Below, one piece after another: positions 59,331 to 64,000 of a DNA stretch of 64,000 nucleotides (its first letter is position 1; each line of letters begins with the position of its first letter). Below the pieces are notes generated by a model. The model saw only the letters and a program-made list of their open reading frames with translations. It did no database searches and was not told the origin of the DNA. The stretch comes from Carcharhinus longimanus (Eukaryota): NCBI GenBank assembly GCA_030264375.1, contig JASCQW010000032.1, positions 70,136,581 through 70,200,580 of the forward strand, given 5' to 3'. The position numbers were made by a program, and so were the translations under genes.

Positions 59331-59453
59331 GGGCAGGATTTTTTGGCCTCATATGTCCCGAAACCAGAAAATCCCGCCCGAGGTCAATAGATCTTTCCAA
59401 GGTCCGCTCCTCATCCTCTCCGATTCCCGTAGCGGGACAGTAAAATTCCAGCC
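59331..59453 (+). mobile_element. MITE copy
   Basis: GGGCAGGATTTT...GTAAAATTCCAGCC, with flanks AAT/TAT. Confidence 0.75.
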
Positions 59454-61494
59454 TATGACTTTGAGGTACATTTTAAACTTTAGGTTTTGAGTCAGTATGA
59501 ATTCTGTGCTCCTTCATGTTGAACTAACAGAAATTCTGCAATATTACTGACGCGTGGAACTGTGATGAAATGCTTTGTTTTAGAAATAAGAGGCAACATG
59601 TAAAACGTAAACAGCATTAAGAGTAAAAATTTTAAAATGACCTATTTTAAACCTTAAATAAGCATTTTGCAGTTAACAACACTGCTCCATGTTTGTGATA
59701 TTATAGTAAGTTGACTTCTGTGGCACAGTTAACATTTTGGATCTCAAACTATCATTTCGCTTTGCGGCAGAGGAATTTCGTTCAAGCCAACGAATAGCGT
59801 TTTTTGACAATAATTGGTGTGGCATGTAAAAATGTTAAATTAGGACTTGTGACATACAAGTAATTATATGAATCTATTCATTGCAAACACAGCAAGCAGA
59901 ACCTATAATAGATAATAAACAGAAAGGCATGCCCAGAGGAGTCAGCTTAAAGACTTAACTTTTTTTAATCACTCATATTTAAAAAAAAAACCTTTATCTG
60001 CATCTGTTTCAATTGGATTTCAAACAGCGAACAGATGTGACTCTTCTGTCTTCTGCAGAATAAGATACCAGCAAGACACAGACCAATCCTCTTAGGAACA
60101 AGAAAGAATTTTCATCCATAAATACTTGTTATAAATGGAAATTGCTATTATAAGGGTTTTATCTTTCTCTTGTTGCTATTTGGTACAGAAGGTTGGTCCT
60201 GGAGACAAATTACTCAATGCTGTTAAATCATTTGCTCTTAACCCTGGCCTATAGGATTGGAACCTTCTCTGGATGATTAGGGCGCATGATGAAATATTCA
60301 AACCAACTAATTTAACAGAGATAACATTTTGGTCTTTGTCAGAGCAGGATTTTTGGGTGCAGGTTGGGTCATTTAAAAAACAGATGCATCTTCCCCTTTA
60401 AGAAAAGGCTAGCCCGTTTTTCAGGATTTGTGCAACTCATTTGCCCCAATGTCAAAACAACTGTGAAAATCTCAATGTTTTTCTCCTTGCTTGGTGCATG
60501 TCAGGTATTAAGGTAAAGATCCTTTTCCAGTCTGCATGTTCTTTTCTATATATACTATTCAAAGGTTTTACATTTCCAGCTTGTGTTCTGTGATCATTTC
60601 ATGGTCATCTTGTGTCTGTAATTCGCGATGATCTCAAGATTATGTAGGCCATTCTCATGATGTTTCAATAATATTGTGGCTATTTTTCAGCATGGTCTTA
60701 TGATTAATATGTGGCTTATTTACCAACATTATGTTGATACAGTGGCTATGCTTTTTCCTGGTTGTCCTTAATAGGTGATTCACTGGCAGTCTAGCATGTT
60801 GGAGGATATATTCAGCAAGTGATCTGTTGAATCTGATGCATTGAACCAGCAGACATCCTACAGCATTGCTAGCTCATGAAACTGAACTGAAATACTCTGG
60901 GAATATAAAATAAGATTTTAAAAACAGTAACGATAACACAAATGTTCCCCATGGTCTAATGGAATCTCAGTTCCTTTATAATGTAGTGACTTAGATAAAT
61001 CTGAGTTCTCGGGTAGTGTTGTGGGGCATATATCCAAGTATCCTAGTGTCGTGAGGTGTGCACCTGAGTTTTCTGGCAGCCTAGTATGGTAGCAGTTGGT
61101 ACTGTCAAAAAAAATGCTACCATGGGACTTAGAAAGAGCAGTAATTATTTAAATTTGCCATCCCCCTCCCTTATTACATCCCCACTGCTGTCCCACTGTC
61201 AAAATGGCATGATCTGGGCTGCACACTTCACAGCTGCTGTCAATGGCACACTGTGTTTGGTTAACAAGCGATGTGTTCCTACGAGATGCCTCTGTGAGAT
61301 GGGGTTCAGCAGGCAAATATTTCTCTTTCTGAAACTGCTCCATCCAGTGGTTGAGCAGAGAATGAGTAGAAACTGAACATTGATCGAAGAGATGGAACCA
61401 GCATTCAAATACAAAGTCTCTGGTTGGGAATTAAACAGTCTCCACATGAGGCGCACGTTGCTAAACAGCGGTCATCAGATTTAACAACTAGTGC

Positions 61495-62215
61495 ATCATA
61501 AGAGCAGGAAGAGGCCATTCGGCCCTTTGAGCTTATTCCACCACTTTGTAAGGTCATGGTTGGCCTGATCTTGACTTCAAATCCACTTTCCTGACTAATC
61601 CCCATAACCTTCAATGTCTTGAGTCTTCAAAAATCATTCAAACTCTGCCTTGAAAATATGCTGCTTTCTCAGGGGAAGGATTCAAAAGGTTCATGACCCT
61701 TTAAGAGAAGAAATTCTTCCTCATCCCTGTCTTAAATGAGCGACCTTTTATTTAAATTATGCCACTTTGTTCACCAGATTCCCCCACAAGAGGGGAAACG
61801 TCCTCTCAGTACCCACATTGACATTCCCCTCAAAATCTTTTATACTTTATAAGACCACCTCTCATTCATATGTACTCCAATGAGTATAGGCCCATCTTGC
61901 TCAATCTTTTCTTGTAAGACAACTCATTCATCCCAGAATACAAACTAATGGGTCTTTTCTGATCTGCCTCCAACACAAGTATTTCCTTCCTCAAATGTCA
62001 AGAACAAAACTGAACTTTGTACTGTAGACGTACTCTGACCAATGTTCTGTACAATAGTAGCAAGGTTTTCCTATTTTATTTCTCATCCCCTACACAATAA
62101 AGGCCAACATTCCACTTGCCTTCCCGTTACATTTTCAGGCATCAAGGTCCCCCTATTTTGCAGCATTCTGTGGCTTTTTCCATTTAAATAAAATTTTGCT
62201 TTTCTATTTTTCCTA
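61495..62215 (-). mobile_element. CR1 3' portion
   Basis: Antisense tail CATAAGAGCAGGAAGAGGCCATTCGGCCC. GAAGAAATTCTTCCTCAT encodes MRKNFF and AAGGCCAACATT encodes MLA on the minus strand. Confidence 0.8.
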
Positions 62216-62221
62216 TTTCTA

Positions 62222-62660
62222 TTGGTGCGGATAGGTGACTCGGGAATTTCACATGAACTTCATTGCAGTGTTAATGTAAGCCTTACTTGTGACTGATAAA
62301 TAAAACTTTCAAAAAAAAACTTCACATGTTTCCACATTGTATTCCACCTGCCAAATCTGCAGCACAGTGGCACATTGGTTAGCACTGCTGCTTCATAGCA
62401 CCAGGGACCTGGGTTCGATTCCTGGCTTGGGTCACTGTCTGTGCAGAATCTGCACATTCTCCCTGGGTCTGCATGGGTTTCATCTGGGTGCTGTGGTTTC
62501 CTCCCACAGTCCAAAAGACATGCGAGTTAGATGCAATGGCCATGCTAAATNNNNNNNNNNNNNNNNNNNNNNNNNAACATTCACCGGAGTGTGGCGATTA
62601 GGGGATTTTTACAGTAACTTAATTGCAGTGTTAATGTAAGCCTACTTGTGACAATAAACT
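62222..62660 (+). mobile_element. Orphan type-A SINE tail (62222-62310) followed by a full type-A V-SINE (62359-62660)
   Basis: The tail TTGCAGTGTTAATGTAAGCC(T)TACTTGTGAC occurs twice. The head GTGGCACATTGGTTAGCACTGCTGC is at ~62367. Confidence 0.85.
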
Positions 62661-63319
62661 TGCCCATTCTATTAACATACCTACATCCAAACACAGATGC
62701 TTGAAGCTGGATTTAATGGAAGCAATGGTGGTGTAACAGATTATAGCAAAGTATTGTCAAATTAAATTCACTCAGGCACTTAGCTGGACAGTGGAGAGCC
62801 AGAATCATAGATCCTGGTTATTCTGACTCCAAGAGCTACAACCAGAGGCCAGCAGCAGTACTGAAGGCAAGGGCACCAGGAATGTGGGGATTGCTTTCAT
62901 TACAATATCCACTCAATATTGTCGCTGGACCCGAGACGTCATATGAATGACAACAGGAGTGGGAGAGTTGTGGGGAGGAGTTCAATGGGGTTGTCAGCAG
63001 CAAAGATAGAATCTGCCTCTCAGGGGAAAGGTCCTACATCATTTCTAATGCCAGTTCTCACGATCAGTCACTGAGCACCTTTGAACGAGGGGCTCCACTT
63101 ACAGCCCACAAACAATCTGCATGGGCCTACTTGCTGTGCTCCCTGCATGGCTAGCTCCCACCCAATACTGGGTTGATAGAGTGGTGATGGGATGATCCCT
63201 TTGAAAGCCTAATTGGCAGATGGATGCGAAGGCCATCCAAGAACATTATTGCCCTGGATTTAACCAAGGTGAAAGTGAGAAGCTTATGGAGTTTTCACTA
63301 CCACTCTCCTGCTTAATTA

Positions 63320-63562
63320 AATACACCACCACCAGCAGACATGTCATACAAAATGGGTACAAATTGAAGAAAGGAGGGAAACAGAAAGCAAGGAACTCCA
63401 GGCCTATTGTCTTAAGAACCATCATTAGAAAAATATGGGAATCCAAAAGTAAAGAAGTGAGATATTTTAAAAAAATCAGAATATAATCAAGCAGAGTCAA
63501 GCAGGCATATATGGAAAGGATATCATGTTTGACAAGTGTATTACATTTCTTTGAGGATGTTT
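63320..63562 (+). mobile_element. Old CR1 RT fragment
   Basis: KKGGKQKARNSRPIVL (NYRP motif) and GISCLTSVLHFFED. Confidence 0.65.
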
Positions 63563-63574
63563 TGAGCAAAATTT

Positions 63575-63735
63575 TTTTAACTCAATTCTTTCATGGGACA
63601 TGGGCATTGCTGTCTGGCCAGCAATTATTGCCCAACTCTGATTAGAATCATAGAACCCCTAGAGTGCATAAATAGGCCATTCGGCCCATCGAGTCTACAC
63701 AGACAACAATCCCACCCAGGCCCTATCCCCTTCCC
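63575..63735 (-). mobile_element. Two adjacent retroposon tails: 631-family tail and V-SINE type B tail
   Basis: TTCATGGGACATGGGCATTGCTG..GGCCAGCA, then AGAATCATAGAACCCCT..GGCCATTCGGCCCATCGAGTCT. Confidence 0.7.
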
Positions 63736-63922
63736 AGCTCTTAGTTTAAACCAACATCTTAGTTTAGAGAGAACAAAATAAATACTCACCTATTAGCAAC
63801 TGACCTGCTATCCTATGTCATCATATTTTTACTTTGCTTTTTCTTTTGAATTCTTGATTTATTGTGCTTTGCTGCTTTGCCACTGCCAATGGTTTCCGTG
63901 CTGTTTGTAATTGCTCCATTCT

Positions 63923-64000
63923 AGAGTCATAGAGGTTTACAGCATCGAAACAGGCTCTTCGGCCCACTTTGTCCACGCTGCCCTTTTTTTAAACCCCTAA
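63923..64000 (-). mobile_element. CR1 3' terminus, continuing beyond the window
   Basis: AGAGTCATAGAGG..GAAACAGGCTCTTCGGCCCAC..GTCCACGC is antisense to the tail at ~9160-9180. Confidence 0.7.

Overview
Vertebrate nuclear DNA, very likely from a shark or other elasmobranch, inferred from the repeat families (HE1/V-SINE-type tRNA SINEs and CR1/HER1-type LINEs). It is AT-rich, repeat-dense, non-coding sequence from a draft assembly with about 12 N-gaps, probably a very long intron or a 5' regulatory domain. I found no intact protein-coding gene. The ORFs in the track are transposon fragments, chance ORFs or gap artefacts. The window holds many CR1, L2, RTE and Rex1/Babar LINE fossils, about 15 V-SINE copies with two alternative 3' tails, and several other SINEs. 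It also holds Penelope-derived fragments with minimal hammerhead-ribozyme motifs, a dead PIF/Harbinger transposase, and a ~120-bp MITE family that shares its terminal motif. The most interesting non-repeat signals are an E-box-dense island at ~15.2-16.1 kb with a coherent minus-strand two-exon splice structure, and a strong plus-strand recursive-splice-like motif (pyrimidine tract-CAG|GTAAGT) at 54,491. The host gene and its strand cannot be identified from the sequence alone. Repeat boundaries are approximate and were read by eye.
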